From sequence record LC727701.1: a stretch of DNA of 64,000 nucleotides, one strand, 5' to 3'. The notes beneath the pieces were generated by a model, which saw only the letters and a list, made by a program, of their open reading frames with translations, did not search any database and had not been told where the DNA came from. This document shows positions 7,632 to 17,418 of this stretch, in pieces. Positions within the stretch are counted from its first letter, which is position 1; each line of letters starts with the position of its first letter. Made by a program: the position numbers and the translations under genes.

Positions 7632-8791
7632 AAGAAGTCAACCTCAAATTCTTCTTCTTCACCAACATCATTTACAACGTTGACCATGTAATCAGGCTTC
7701 TCTTCTTCCTGAGGAGATGCTTGGGTTGATGAAATATCTAGGTAGTCTTCCATATAAAGAAGTGGGTTCTTCTCTGGCCAAACAAAATCAAATCCAGCTG
7801 ATTCTTTAAACTCCACTTGATACTGTTCTACAACATCATTTTCAATACTTAGGAATGTTGCTGCGGCATTAGCATTGAAAAGTACCCAGTTAATAAGTTT
7901 AGTCGCATTAACACCAGTTAGTTCACGACCTTCAGAGAATAGATAATTAACCCAGGTAACTTCAGTCTTTACAATTTCCCATAGTAGTTCAATGATTTTA
8001 TCTTTACATTGACTGTAAGCGAGTTTACCGCGTTCAGTTGCCAGTAGTGCACGAATAACTTCTTGTCCATATTGTGCATGGATTTCGAATTCGTCTTGGG
8101 CAATTTTCTTAACAGCGGCTGCAATTTGCTGGAATGCACCAGTACGACCAATAGCAAAGGTTACTGCAAAGGATGCCATGAACTGGATACGTTCTAGGAA
8201 ATATAGAGCGATGAAGAACATGAATACTTTATTGTAAAGTTCTTGATCATTGGGTACCTGATTAAGAGCATACGCATGAACTGCGTCATGTGCTTCACCC
8301 ATAGTGCGGGCTACTGCAACCATTCGTTCTTGTGCTTCTTCTACCCTAAGAATTTCGTCTAGAATAACTTTAGGATCTTTAAAGCTATTACGTACAATTT
8401 CAGAATAAGTTAAAGCATGTACGTCTTCATTATCATTAATACGTACATATCCCGCCCATACTCGTGAATCTGTCATGACAGGTGATAGAATATTAACAAT
8501 GGAACGACTGGCTACAGAGTCAGCTTCCCATTGCCAGGCCAGTGTCTTAATCATCATGTCATAAGTTGATTTATCACACGTTTCAAATTCTACTAGACAA
8601 GTGGAAAAGTCAAATTCTAGCTCATCCCAATCAAGCATCTTTAGACGCTTATATAGCTCCCACATTTTAGGATAATGAGTGTGGATTGAATCTAGTAGAC
8701 CTGGATCATCTCCAAGAATAATTTCCGGTAGATGATAATCACTCTTAGCAACATTGAAGATTTTCTTTGGTAGTTGAGATTTAGTAGACAT
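7628..8791 (-). CDS. nrdB: Ribonucleotide reductase class Ia beta subunit
   Basis: EADS, NEDVHALTY (radical Tyr), LERIQF, DEFEIH diiron motifs. Confidence 0.95.
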   Translation of the reverse strand: MSTKSQLPKKIFNVAKSDYHLPEIILGDDPGLLDSIHTHYPKMWELYKRLKMLDWDELEFDFSTCLVEFETCDKSTYDMMIKTLAWQWEADSVASRSIVNILSPVMTDSRVWAGYVRINDNEDVHALTYSEIVRNSFKDPKVILDEILRVEEAQERMVAVARTMGEAHDAVHAYALNQVPNDQELYNKVFMFFIALYFLERIQFMASFAVTFAIGRTGAFQQIAAAVKKIAQDEFEIHAQYGQEVIRALLATERGKLAYSQCKDKIIELLWEIVKTEVTWVNYLFSEGRELTGVNATKLINWVLFNANAAATFLSIENDVVEQYQVEFKESAGFDFVWPEKNPLLYMEDYLDISSTQASPQEEEKPDYMVNVVNDVGEEEEFEVDFL

Positions 8792-8860
8792 ATCAGTTCC
8801 TTTACAATTTAAAAATATTTCTTACAATAAATAATAGAGGTTAGTATAAATTGGGAATAA

Positions 8861-8884
8861 CACCCTCCCAATTAAGGGAGGGTG
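8861..8884 (-). terminator. Terminator hairpin between nrdA and nrdB
   Basis: CACCCTCCC-N6-GGGAGGGTG. Confidence 0.65.
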
Positions 8885-8891
8885 TATACAC

Positions 8892-11180
8892 TTAAAGAGT
8901 GCACGAACCGCCTGCACACCCAACTTCAGTATTAGTTACCTCAACAGCACGTTCAAGTGATTTAATATCAAGTCCTGCTGCTGTTTCTAGATTTACATAA
9001 TACCGGGTTTTCATTCCACGTTTCACCATGTAGAAGTGATTACCTAGCATTTCATTAGAAGAGATCTTTTCAGAACCTACAATGCGTCGGTAGAGGTCCG
9101 CACTGATTGTTTGATCAGTCCACTTTTGAATAATGGCATAGCAATCAATAAGATCTTTAGTGGGGATATCATAAGCTGATTCATACACATAGGAGTCATC
9201 ATCTCCATATGGAGCAGCCCATAGCACACGTGCACCATTATCAGTCTTATTAAGAATTAGGCGACGTACCGGGTATGGACCATTAGTTGACCCTAGTGCC
9301 TTAGATGATGCTTCACCAGGCATGTATGCAGCTAGTACGGAGTGTGCAATACCACCATTCTCCTTAATTTCTTTCTCTAGCTCATCCCATGGATAAAGTT
9401 CTTCAAAGCCACCTTCAATGATAGTATCCACTGACTTATTATAAGTCTTACGTGGAGTCCATCCCTCTGGCCATTTAGTCTTATGAATCCAAGGCGCATT
9501 CCCGCGTTCTTTAGAAATCTTAAGTGACGCCTTGATAAGGAAGTACATATGCCGTTCAGCAATGAAGTGGATTTCAGCTTTACCAGCATCGCTGCTATAT
9601 TTAAGGCCAGCACGTGCCATATGTGTGGCTAGACCCATGATACCAACACCAGCACTCATTCGATTCTTAGCGGTTAGTGCAAGGTGTGGGAAAGCATACT
9701 CTGCATTAAGGATACAATAGTCAATCATCTTAAGTGCGTAGTAAGCCGCCATTTCATAAGTTTGCTTATCAGGAACGTTATCCACTGCAATAGCAGCCAG
9801 TGAACAAGTAGCAATCTCACCGCGCCCGTGATCCTCACTAGAATAAAGATCTTCCATTCGATAGTAAGGCTTAGTGGGTTCTGCGATTTCAAGGCATAGG
9901 TTAGAACTGTAAATAGGTTCTTTAAATGGTGTATGATGATTGAGTTCATCAATTTGAGCTGAATAGATGGTTCCAGTCTCATATGCTTCAACTAGCATTG
10001 ATTTGAGAAGATCCCGAGCATTTACATAAGTTTTCTCAAATTTAGGATCCGCTTCATATTTTTCATAAAGCTTAATAAACTTATCAATATCACCACTATA
10101 GAAAGCATCATGTAGATCTGGAGCAGTAAATGGATTGAATACAAAGATCATGCCATCTTTCTGAGCCGCTTTCTTAGCAAAGAACTTATTACTTAGGAAC
10201 GCATAGTGAAGATCACGGTTCTTCCTATCCTCAGTAGAACGTGGATTACGTAGCTGAGTAATCATATCTGCTTCAGGATCGAAAGCACTGTAGTAACACG
10301 TAACAGCACCACCTCGACCATTTTGTAGGTTAGCCCTTACTGCTTTACCAATTACATCGATGTATGGTTTCTTACCTTGGTGAATGATTAGGCCATTACG
10401 GATAGGATCACCAATTGACCTAGTCATTAAGTTAACACCAATGCCTGCTGATGATTGGGTCATGATGTTAGCAATATAATCGCCCATTGCCAGTGATACA
10501 CCATTATCACCAGAAGCAAATAGGCAACATGATGCAAAACCACGAAGCTTAGTACCTAGGTTAACGTAGTTAGGTGTTGGCGCACTAAGAATTTTATTAG
10601 AAAGTAGTTTATAGTAATTCTCCACATGAGTCATGCGAGTTTCAGCTGGCTCTTTTTCAGCTAGAGCCATTGCCATTCGCATATATACAAACTGGGCAGT
10701 CTCATATTCTTGACCAGTTTTACGATTACGTAGAGCATACTTTCCACGAATGTGATGAAGTGAAAAATGCGGACAAAGTAGGTCAAGATCGTGATCAATG
10801 ATCTTTTCAATCTGAGCGTATTCTTTACTACTATAATCTAATTTAACAATGATACCATCTTTACGCATCCTGGTTTGAAGCGCTTTAACAGTTGGGATGC
10901 CATTTAGACCATAGAACTTCTTACGAAGATAAATCGCATATAGTCTACCAGCCATTAGATAATAAGACCATGTCTTACGATTTAAACATTCTTCAATAAG
11001 TTGTAATTGTAGTTCTTGTGATGAAGTTTTATCACCAAGAGCTTGAACAGCATCCATCACAACACTACTCCAATCCACCTTATCGCCAAGATGTTGGGCT
11101 GCCCATTCACCCCAACCATTAATCTTAGCAGGTGAGTATGCTTCTTCAGTACCGTCTAGTTTAATGATAGTTTTTAACAT
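8892..11180 (-). CDS. nrdA: Ribonucleotide reductase class Ia alpha subunit
   Basis: ATP cone IIKLDG, PTP, ASCC, SNLCLEI, MPGEASS, C-terminal CAGGSC; likely start ATG 11180. Confidence 0.95.
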   Translation of the reverse strand: MLKTIIKLDGTEEAYSPAKINGWGEWAAQHLGDKVDWSSVVMDAVQALGDKTSSQELQLQLIEECLNRKTWSYYLMAGRLYAIYLRKKFYGLNGIPTVKALQTRMRKDGIIVKLDYSSKEYAQIEKIIDHDLDLLCPHFSLHHIRGKYALRNRKTGQEYETAQFVYMRMAMALAEKEPAETRMTHVENYYKLLSNKILSAPTPNYVNLGTKLRGFASCCLFASGDNGVSLAMGDYIANIMTQSSAGIGVNLMTRSIGDPIRNGLIIHQGKKPYIDVIGKAVRANLQNGRGGAVTCYYSAFDPEADMITQLRNPRSTEDRKNRDLHYAFLSNKFFAKKAAQKDGMIFVFNPFTAPDLHDAFYSGDIDKFIKLYEKYEADPKFEKTYVNARDLLKSMLVEAYETGTIYSAQIDELNHHTPFKEPIYSSNLCLEIAEPTKPYYRMEDLYSSEDHGRGEIATCSLAAIAVDNVPDKQTYEMAAYYALKMIDYCILNAEYAFPHLALTAKNRMSAGVGIMGLATHMARAGLKYSSDAGKAEIHFIAERHMYFLIKASLKISKERGNAPWIHKTKWPEGWTPRKTYNKSVDTIIEGGFEELYPWDELEKEIKENGGIAHSVLAAYMPGEASSKALGSTNGPYPVRRLILNKTDNGARVLWAAPYGDDDSYVYESAYDIPTKDLIDCYAIIQKWTDQTISADLYRRIVGSEKISSNEMLGNHFYMVKRGMKTRYYVNLETAAGLDIKSLERAVEVTNTEVGCAGGSCTL

Positions 11181-11524
11181 TGTTAATTTCCAATTGTGAG
11201 TCGTAAGTTCATGTGAAAAAGTATTCAACATATCTTTAGATCAACTAAGTATTTTTACGACCCATTTTAAATGAATTTAGTTGATCTATTGTAAAAGCAT
11301 ATTATGGTACATTGGATATCTTTATCTTAAAAACCTCTGTAGCCTTAGTGCCTTAAGGGTTACAGCTATATAGTCCAATATCGTTCTACCATGCTATTTA
11401 AGAGCTTTAAATAATAACCCACTATGTACCCTTAGGTTTTATTTTATCAACAATATAGCTTAAAATAGAAATATACCTAAGTGCTTTTTACTATACTACT
11501 ATTATTTATCGGAGTTAATTAAGA

Positions 11525-11914
11525 ATGTCTTTTTATCTACCGAAATACACCGATCCAATTGAAGCAATCGAATGGAAAAAGAACGGTGATATACCTGGTG
11601 ATGGCGTTATCAATAATATCAACCAAGGTGCTATTGTTGGTTATGCTATACCTACTAAAGAGTCTACTCTTAGTAATGCGATTTGCCCATTATGTAATCT
11701 AACTGAATCTAGTCATGGTATTTTACGTGTAGGCCCAGATAAAGATAAAATTGTCTGTCCGGGTGATTTTATTATTTTAATTCGTAAAAATAATGGGCGT
11801 ATACTAGATTACAAATTAATGCGTCAACGTGAATTTAATAAACTTTATCAACTGGTAACAAAAGAGGAAGCTAAACAATGGGTAATGATGTTGGATCCAG
11901 AAAAGAAGGACTAA
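11525..11914 (+). CDS. gp1-like hypothetical protein with CxxC..H..C motif
   Basis: IEAIEWKKNGD..CPLC..HG..VCPGDFII. Confidence 0.7.
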   Translation: MSFYLPKYTDPIEAIEWKKNGDIPGDGVINNINQGAIVGYAIPTKESTLSNAICPLCNLTESSHGILRVGPDKDKIVCPGDFIILIRKNNGRILDYKLMRQREFNKLYQLVTKEEAKQWVMMLDPEKKD

Positions 11915-12462
11915 AGTTATATGAAGCTTTAGTTGAGGATATAATCATCACCAATGATCTTGGTACTGGTCTTCGACCATCTCTTAATATAACCACTAAT
12001 GATGGTGTAACTAGGAATGTTACATTTGATCAACTTGAGAATTTTATTAAAGTTATAAAAGCCACGCATGATACGCAAACTGTTGGCACTCCATTACAAT
12101 GGTGTATTTACAGGTATGCTCCTAATTTAGTTAAAGCTCGGTATATTGCAACTAGTTGGAAAATAACTGTAGACCATGTTAAAAAGACTTTGAATTTTCA
12201 AGGTACTTTAAATCACGAAGGTACTGTAATTGATCATCCTAACTATGATCCAGATATTACCGCAAGAGAACTAATGTTCGATGAAACTATTACTGATTTT
12301 AGTCGATTTGAACAAATTGCTCTGTCTGGAAATATCGCTAACTTTAAAGAAGAATTCAAAATGATGAAATATAGTTTTGACTTTAGTTACATTATTGAAG
12401 TTAGTAATGGCATGACTAGACTCAAGGAGTTAGCTAATGATCAAACTGGATTATCAGATTAA
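11878..12462 (+). CDS. gp2-like protein, probable nuclear-shell-associated ChmB
   Basis: 194 aa; assignment rests only on synteny (two genes before DHFR) and recalled literature. Confidence 0.5.
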   Translation: MGNDVGSRKEGLKLYEALVEDIIITNDLGTGLRPSLNITTNDGVTRNVTFDQLENFIKVIKATHDTQTVGTPLQWCIYRYAPNLVKARYIATSWKITVDHVKKTLNFQGTLNHEGTVIDHPNYDPDITARELMFDETITDFSRFEQIALSGNIANFKEEFKMMKYSFDFSYIIEVSNGMTRLKELANDQTGLSD

Positions 12463-12943
12463 ATCAGAAGTCAATCATCTATTAAATAGATTATTAGTTA
12501 AAAACTTAGATGGCACTGTTTATTTTAGAACAACTATTAAAGAAGACGATTTAAAAGACTTACCTGTTAATCTGATTAGCCTACAAGTACTTATAAATCT
12601 ATTGATAGGTTATGAAGGACTAGATATTACAACTAATATTGAGGAATTCACACAGCAGATTAGTCTGATTCTTTGGGACATGCCCATACTAGAAAAAGGC
12701 GAAGTGGAATACCTCTATATTGAACAAGATATTAAGTTGAATGAATTAGTTATTAAACATAAAAGACCTGGTGTATTAATTGATGAGAAAGTATATGGTG
12801 AATTAACGCTATTACAAATGGCTCAAATTAATTACCTATTAGCGTCTACATTTAAGTTTAAAACTAATTTCACTTGCTGTAGTTGGGCTATTGAATTTAA
12901 AGATAATGAAGTATCTTGTAAATTCTGGCCTAAGGAAAATTGA
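12437..12943 (+). CDS. gp3-like hypothetical protein
   Basis: 168-aa ORF, overlapping both neighbours. Confidence 0.7.
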   Translation: MIKLDYQIKSEVNHLLNRLLVKNLDGTVYFRTTIKEDDLKDLPVNLISLQVLINLLIGYEGLDITTNIEEFTQQISLILWDMPILEKGEVEYLYIEQDIKLNELVIKHKRPGVLIDEKVYGELTLLQMAQINYLLASTFKFKTNFTCCSWAIEFKDNEVSCKFWPKEN

Positions 12944-13464
12944 TGGCTATTAAATTAATCGTTGCCCATGACCTAAATGGTGTCATTGGATATAATAATC
13001 TATTACCTTGGCATATACCTGAGGATTTAGCTTTCTTTAAAGAAATGACAACTGGTTGCTGTGTTATCATGGGTAAAAATACTTTCTTATCCTTAGGTAG
13101 TAAACCGTTACCTAATCGTAATAACATTGTTGTATCATCAAGTTTATATCGTAACGGTAATTACCCAGTATCCTGTGATAATAAATTAGGTGTACTCCCT
13201 AATCTAAGTGCAGCTGTTATTTATGCCACTCATTTCAATAAAGAAACTGGAAAGGATGTATGGATCATTGGCGGTTCTCAACTTTATAAAGAAGTCATTG
13301 AAAAGGATATTTTAGACGAAATGTACATTACTACTGTCAAGATGGAAATCGATAATAGTAGTTGTGTTTATTTCCCTAAAGAAATCATTAAATGGGATAA
13401 ATGGAAATCAACCATTATTAAAGAAACTGACCTATGTACATATACCCATTGGATTAAAACATAA
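12943..13464 (+). CDS. folA: Dihydrofolate reductase
   Basis: LIVA..NGVIG..LPWHIPEDLAFFK..VIMGKNTF..PLPNRNNIVVS..WIIGGSQLY. Confidence 0.95.
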   Translation: MAIKLIVAHDLNGVIGYNNLLPWHIPEDLAFFKEMTTGCCVIMGKNTFLSLGSKPLPNRNNIVVSSSLYRNGNYPVSCDNKLGVLPNLSAAVIYATHFNKETGKDVWIIGGSQLYKEVIEKDILDEMYITTVKMEIDNSSCVYFPKEIIKWDKWKSTIIKETDLCTYTHWIKT

Positions 13465-13468
13465 TAAT

Positions 13469-13490
13469 AGCCTTCCCCCAGGGGAAGGCT
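13469..13490 (+). terminator. Terminator
   Basis: AGCCTTCCCC-CA-GGGGAAGGCT-TTA. Confidence 0.75.
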
Positions 13491-13521
13491 TTATGTCATG
13501 TATTCAAATGTATTTAAAGGG

Positions 13522-13529
13522 TATATTAC
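13522..13529 (+). promoter_or_regulatory. Early (virion RNAP) promoter TATATTAC
   Basis: Matches phiKZ early consensus; upstream ATTCAAA..ATTTAA. Confidence 0.75.
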
Positions 13530-13580
13530 AAAGGTGAATTAAATACAGATTATTCTATTTATTATTGAGGGGTGCAGTCC

Positions 13581-13985
13581 ATGAAAAACACTAAGAAAAC
13601 AACTTATAATGCTATCGATCTAAATAAATTAAGTAAAGATATGTTCAGCGGTGGTAGAACCTGGGCAGCGGTTGAGTTTGCAATAAATTGTGCAAATGAG
13701 TTAATGGAATTAAATAGTAAAGGAAATACTATTTTATTTGATGATGATATTGTCGACAAAGTTGAATTTGAACTTAAGATCTATGATTGGTGTGATGCAC
13801 CACACGGCTGTTATCTTTATAGATCTTTATGGAAGAATACTCAGGAAATTGTCTTTGGTGATAATGTAAACAAAGATGGAAGACTTGTATTGACTAAAAA
13901 AGAAGTACGTGAATACTTTTCAAGATTCAAAATTTTCCGTAGTGTCATGTACTTATCCAATAGTATTAAAAAGTTAAAAGGGTAA
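13581..13985 (+). CDS. Early hypothetical protein
   Basis: ATG 13581 after GAGG. Confidence 0.7.
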   Translation: MKNTKKTTYNAIDLNKLSKDMFSGGRTWAAVEFAINCANELMELNSKGNTILFDDDIVDKVEFELKIYDWCDAPHGCYLYRSLWKNTQEIVFGDNVNKDGRLVLTKKEVREYFSRFKIFRSVMYLSNSIKKLKG

Positions 13986-14005
13986 CCCTCCCCTACCGAT
14001 AATAC

Positions 14006-14069
14006 ATTCAAACCATTTTAACCAGTATATTACTAACTTGATATTTAACCTTCAATTAATGTAAAAAGG
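14006..14069 (+). repeat. 64-bp promoter-leader-RBS cassette, copy 1
   Basis: Identical to 15857-15920; TATATTAC at 14026-14033; AAGG RBS. Confidence 0.95.
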
Positions 14070-14079
14070 AATCTATACC

Positions 14080-14595
14080 ATGTTCGAAATTAAATTTTCT
14101 AAAAAAGAACAATTCCCTGGCCGTGGTCACTGCATCGAACTTTATGGTGATTATGTCACCGAGCGTGTATGGCATGCAGTGAAACAAATGGTTGAATGTA
14201 ACATTACCAATCACGAGTTTTATAAGGCAAAAGAAGGTTTCTGTGTATTCTTCCAAGGTGGGCATGATAACCCTCATGGGAAATGGATCCTTCTGGAATT
14301 CTGGGTAGACGACATCGAGAAGACTCGTGAGTTCGTTCGTCTCTTGACCATCACTATTAATCGAGTATTGACGGAGCGTTTTACTCAAATCTGCGTTAAC
14401 CCTAATCAAATGGGTTATGCAGATGGGGCAGGTGCATATACTGTACTTGGCGAAATCCATAAAGAAACTGGATGTCGTGTTAATTGGGGTAGTCCGACTA
14501 CACCCATTACCTTCTATCCAGAAAATAACTTGGAACATCGTAAAGTACTCGACTTGTGTGAAACCTTCGAACTCCCAGTAACTAAATGGGTATAA
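14080..14595 (+). CDS. Early hypothetical protein
   Basis: 171 aa downstream of cassette. Confidence 0.75.
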   Translation: MFEIKFSKKEQFPGRGHCIELYGDYVTERVWHAVKQMVECNITNHEFYKAKEGFCVFFQGGHDNPHGKWILLEFWVDDIEKTREFVRLLTITINRVLTERFTQICVNPNQMGYADGAGAYTVLGEIHKETGCRVNWGSPTTPITFYPENNLEHRKVLDLCETFELPVTKWV

Positions 14596-14612
14596 TTAGA
14601 GGATAAAGTACC

Positions 14613-14849
14613 ATGTACATCGTTATCCACAGAGACGAGTCTGAAAGACATGAATTGACTGTAGGTGATCCTAAAGATCTTATCGCGATCTTAGTCATTC
14701 TGGAGAATAGTGATAAAGTCATTGAATATAAGGTTATCGATTCGGATGTTGGTGTAATCAAGGACTTTAGATACTCATTTGGTTGGGGTAACGGGTTCTT
14801 CACTAAAAATGCAAAAGATAATTTTAACTGGAATCAATCGAGGAAATAA
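14613..14849 (+). CDS. Early hypothetical protein
   Basis: 78 aa, GAGG RBS. Confidence 0.7.
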   Translation: MYIVIHRDESERHELTVGDPKDLIAILVILENSDKVIEYKVIDSDVGVIKDFRYSFGWGNGFFTKNAKDNFNWNQSRK

Positions 14850-14851
14850 TA

Positions 14852-15064
14852 ATGGCTAACAGTAAAATCAGTGGCGAAGCTGTAATGAAATATCTACGTT
14901 CTCGAAATGACCACGTGGATTTTATGCGAGATAAACTGTCGGTTTACATTGAAAATGATGAAGTGGTAGTTAAGATTATAGATACTACTTCAGGTGGTTC
15001 TGCAACACACCACTCAGGTTATGATGTAAACAACTTTGAAAGAACGTATGGTCAAACTAACTAA
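14852..15064 (+). CDS. Early hypothetical protein
   Basis: 70 aa, GAGG RBS. Confidence 0.65.
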   Translation: MANSKISGEAVMKYLRSRNDHVDFMRDKLSVYIENDEVVVKIIDTTSGGSATHHSGYDVNNFERTYGQTN

Positions 15065-15095
15065 ATAAATTAGTAACACTTATTGGCGACATACA

Positions 15096-15113
15096 CCCTC
15101 CCTTCGGGGAGGG
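15096..15113 (+). terminator. Terminator
   Basis: CCCTCCC-TTCG-GGGAGGG then T-rich tract. Confidence 0.8.
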
Positions 15114-15165
15114 CTTTATTTTCAATATAGACATATTTTTTTAATACATTAGTTGGAGTTTAAAA

Positions 15166-15498
15166 ATGTTTAATAAAAATTTTATCAATGGTATTCAAAT
15201 TTTTGTTGCCGCAACTACTGTTGCTACAACTATTGTTAAGTTAGTCGAATCATACAACAAATTAAATGAAGAAAAATCGGCTAACGATGTATGTAAGAAA
15301 ATCCATATGGAAATCCATAAATTAACTAGCCTGTTTATCGAACAAGATATACCTAATGAAGAACGCTGTGTTAGGTTACGTAAAACTGTTGATACATTAG
15401 TTAATAAACACTGCTCTAAATTAACTGGCCGCCGGCGACTCAGGGCTGTTGCAGAAATCACTCGACATGTAGATGACTATTGTCGTCTGTGGAAATGA
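15166..15498 (+). CDS. Hypothetical protein with N-terminal hydrophobic helix
   Basis: 110 aa, GGAG RBS. Confidence 0.7.
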   Translation: MFNKNFINGIQIFVAATTVATTIVKLVESYNKLNEEKSANDVCKKIHMEIHKLTSLFIEQDIPNEERCVRLRKTVDTLVNKHCSKLTGRRRLRAVAEITRHVDDYCRLWK

Positions 15499-15500
15499 AA

Positions 15501-15573
15501 TAATACATTCAAACCATTTTAACCAGTATATCACAACAGTGTAATTAAACCTATTAAATCAGTAAAAAGGAAT
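15501..15573 (+). repeat. Promoter-leader-RBS cassette, diverged copy 2
   Basis: taatacattcaaaccattttaaccagtatatcac..gtaaaaaggaatc; TATATCAC 15527-15534. Confidence 0.9.
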
Positions 15574-15579
15574 CAAACT

Positions 15580-15840
15580 ATGACAACTTTCCTGACTTTT
15601 AAATCTGACGAAGACTTGGAGAAAGAAGCAATCCGTCGTGCACGTGCTATCATGGGTTTCCGTGGTGACCGTGATGCAGCTACTCGTCAGGTATGCATCA
15701 ATCCTGTACGAGGTAAGGATTACCGTAACTGGTTATCCCATAGCGCTACCTGGAAAGATGGTAACATTGTTGTTGATGAAGATAGTCTCATTGAGCTAGC
15801 CCGTGCCATCATTGATGAGACCTACCTGCACGATATGTAA
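15580..15840 (+). CDS. Early hypothetical protein
   Basis: 86 aa after cassette. Confidence 0.75.
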   Translation: MTTFLTFKSDEDLEKEAIRRARAIMGFRGDRDAATRQVCINPVRGKDYRNWLSHSATWKDGNIVVDEDSLIELARAIIDETYLHDM

Positions 15841-15856
15841 TAACTACTACTCCCTT

Positions 15857-15920
15857 ATTCAAACCATTTTAACCAGTATATTACTAACTTGATATTTAAC
15901 CTTCAATTAATGTAAAAAGG
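15857..15920 (+). repeat. 64-bp promoter-leader-RBS cassette, copy 3
   Basis: Identical to 14006-14069; TATATTAC 15877-15884. Confidence 0.95.
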
Positions 15921-15930
15921 GACTTTAAAA

Positions 15931-16080
15931 ATGAAAGCATTCGCACTAGTGGTTATTGGTTTGACTTTTGGTGGACTGTTTGTAAACGCTAAGTTTGAAG
16001 AGCAAACTATTTCTAATGAAACTGTTATCCTCGGTCATCGTATCGGTCCCAATGGTCAAGAAATGCTCGTAACTAAATAG
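15931..16080 (+). CDS. 49-aa membrane/secreted peptide (not in ORF track)
   Basis: MKAFALVVIGLTFGGLFVNAKFEEQ..; first gene after promoter cassette. Confidence 0.7.
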   Translation: MKAFALVVIGLTFGGLFVNAKFEEQTISNETVILGHRIGPNGQEMLVTK

Positions 16081-16090
16081 AGAAATAAAA

Positions 16091-16432
16091 ATGGAAAAGT
16101 CCGTAGCAGTTAAAGTAATCGACAACATGTGCCGTCCGAATATCGTTGCTCGCATGAATGGTAAACTGGTCTACCATGCTCGTAATGTAAAAATAGTAGA
16201 AGGTAAGGATCTATGGCCGAACCGCACTGACGTAGATGATGTTCGTGTACTGGTCGGTGAAGCCTTCCGTAACGGTGAATGGGTACCCATGCGCAGTTCT
16301 AGCCTGGTTAACGTAGATGCTGTTACCGGTGTATACGAAACCCTCAACTCTGTTTACATTGCTCCGGATCTTCTGGGAAGTCTCTCGGTGGGTCCTGATA
16401 TCTTCAATGATGATGCAACTTTGAAAGGATAA
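16091..16432 (+). CDS. Early hypothetical protein
   Basis: 113 aa; RSSSLVNVD..GVYETLNSVY motif. Confidence 0.75.
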   Translation: MEKSVAVKVIDNMCRPNIVARMNGKLVYHARNVKIVEGKDLWPNRTDVDDVRVLVGEAFRNGEWVPMRSSSLVNVDAVTGVYETLNSVYIAPDLLGSLSVGPDIFNDDATLKG

Positions 16433-16437
16433 TCAAT

Positions 16438-16836
16438 ATGAACTTCATCAAAGAAAACGCACTTGGTCTTGGTCTTATTGCACTGGCAGTTGGCGCAACA
16501 GCCGTTGCTGCCATCCTCGCGGTCAAAGCTACCGTAAAGGAAGACGGTCAGGCTGTAGCCGAACAGATCGAAAGCAGTATCTCTGATATTCTTATCGATA
16601 AGATCTCCACCTACCGTAACAGTGAACAACATCGCAAGCTGGTAAATCATCTTCGTCGAGATCACGAGTTGGATGTCGCAGAGTTCATCTCACGGACCCA
16701 ATTGGACATCGCGCTCAACATTCTTCCAGAGGTAGAAGTACTTCTGGAATCTCATCGTGATCAGCTGACCGTGGAAGAGTTCGATCGACTGGTTGCAAAT
16801 CTCCAACATTTCGTGCAACGGATCATCACTAAGTGA
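16438..16836 (+). CDS. Early protein with N-terminal TM helix
   Basis: 132 aa. Confidence 0.75.
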   Translation: MNFIKENALGLGLIALAVGATAVAAILAVKATVKEDGQAVAEQIESSISDILIDKISTYRNSEQHRKLVNHLRRDHELDVAEFISRTQLDIALNILPEVEVLLESHRDQLTVEEFDRLVANLQHFVQRIITK

Positions 16837-17006
16837 AAACCAAAATAGTGGTAGGTTTTCTTGCAGTTCTAATAGAACTCACTACTGCTGGTAGTGAGTT
16901 CTATTATGAACTGACCAAACCCGAAGGTAAGGTTTCGAAGGAATGGTGTCAACAGCCGGCTAAACCGAAATGTACTATGTTTGTATTTACTATTACTGAG
17001 GAATAA
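16833..17006 (+). CDS. 57-aa small protein (not in ORF track)
   Basis: GTGA-coupled start; MKTKIVVGFLAVLIELTTAG..WCQQPAKPKC..; fills the gap exactly. Confidence 0.55.
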   Translation: MKTKIVVGFLAVLIELTTAGSEFYYELTKPEGKVSKEWCQQPAKPKCTMFVFTITEE

Positions 17007-17009
17007 TAA

Positions 17010-17417
17010 ATGGATAGTCGTCTGTCGAGAGTCTTCCAAAACGTGGACCATGTGTTCACCCAAGAACAGACCAATGAACTGGTCAACCGTCGTAATGAAG
17101 ACATGTTGTTGACTGTACAGGTTGATGACATGTTGGCATTGATCCATAACGACCATGTTAAGTACAGGGACCTAGTAAAGATTATCATCGAAGATACTAT
17201 CGCCTTCATAAAAGCAGAGCGTCTCTCGCTCATTGGTATAGGTCTTTTCAACAAGATGGTCTATGTTGATCAAGGCCCGGATGCTGTTGGCTTTTTAGAA
17301 TATATTAAGGTAGCTGAGTACACATCCACTCACGTGGATGAGTCCAATGCATGGGTAAATATGTATCGCAATAAGATAAAGACTTTCATGCTACCAATTC
17401 TCTCTCAGCTTCTGTGA
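17010..17417 (+). CDS. Early hypothetical protein
   Basis: 135 aa, GAGG RBS. Confidence 0.75.
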   Translation: MDSRLSRVFQNVDHVFTQEQTNELVNRRNEDMLLTVQVDDMLALIHNDHVKYRDLVKIIIEDTIAFIKAERLSLIGIGLFNKMVYVDQGPDAVGFLEYIKVAEYTSTHVDESNAWVNMYRNKIKTFMLPILSQLL

Positions 17418-17418
17418 T

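Noticed and set aside
7628-8791. Non-canonical (class Ic/Ie) RNR beta subunit
   Set aside because: The radical Tyr and diiron ligands are present; it is ordinary class Ia
14006-15920. CRISPR array
   Set aside because: Only three long repeats with kb-scale, gene-containing spacers; they are promoter cassettes
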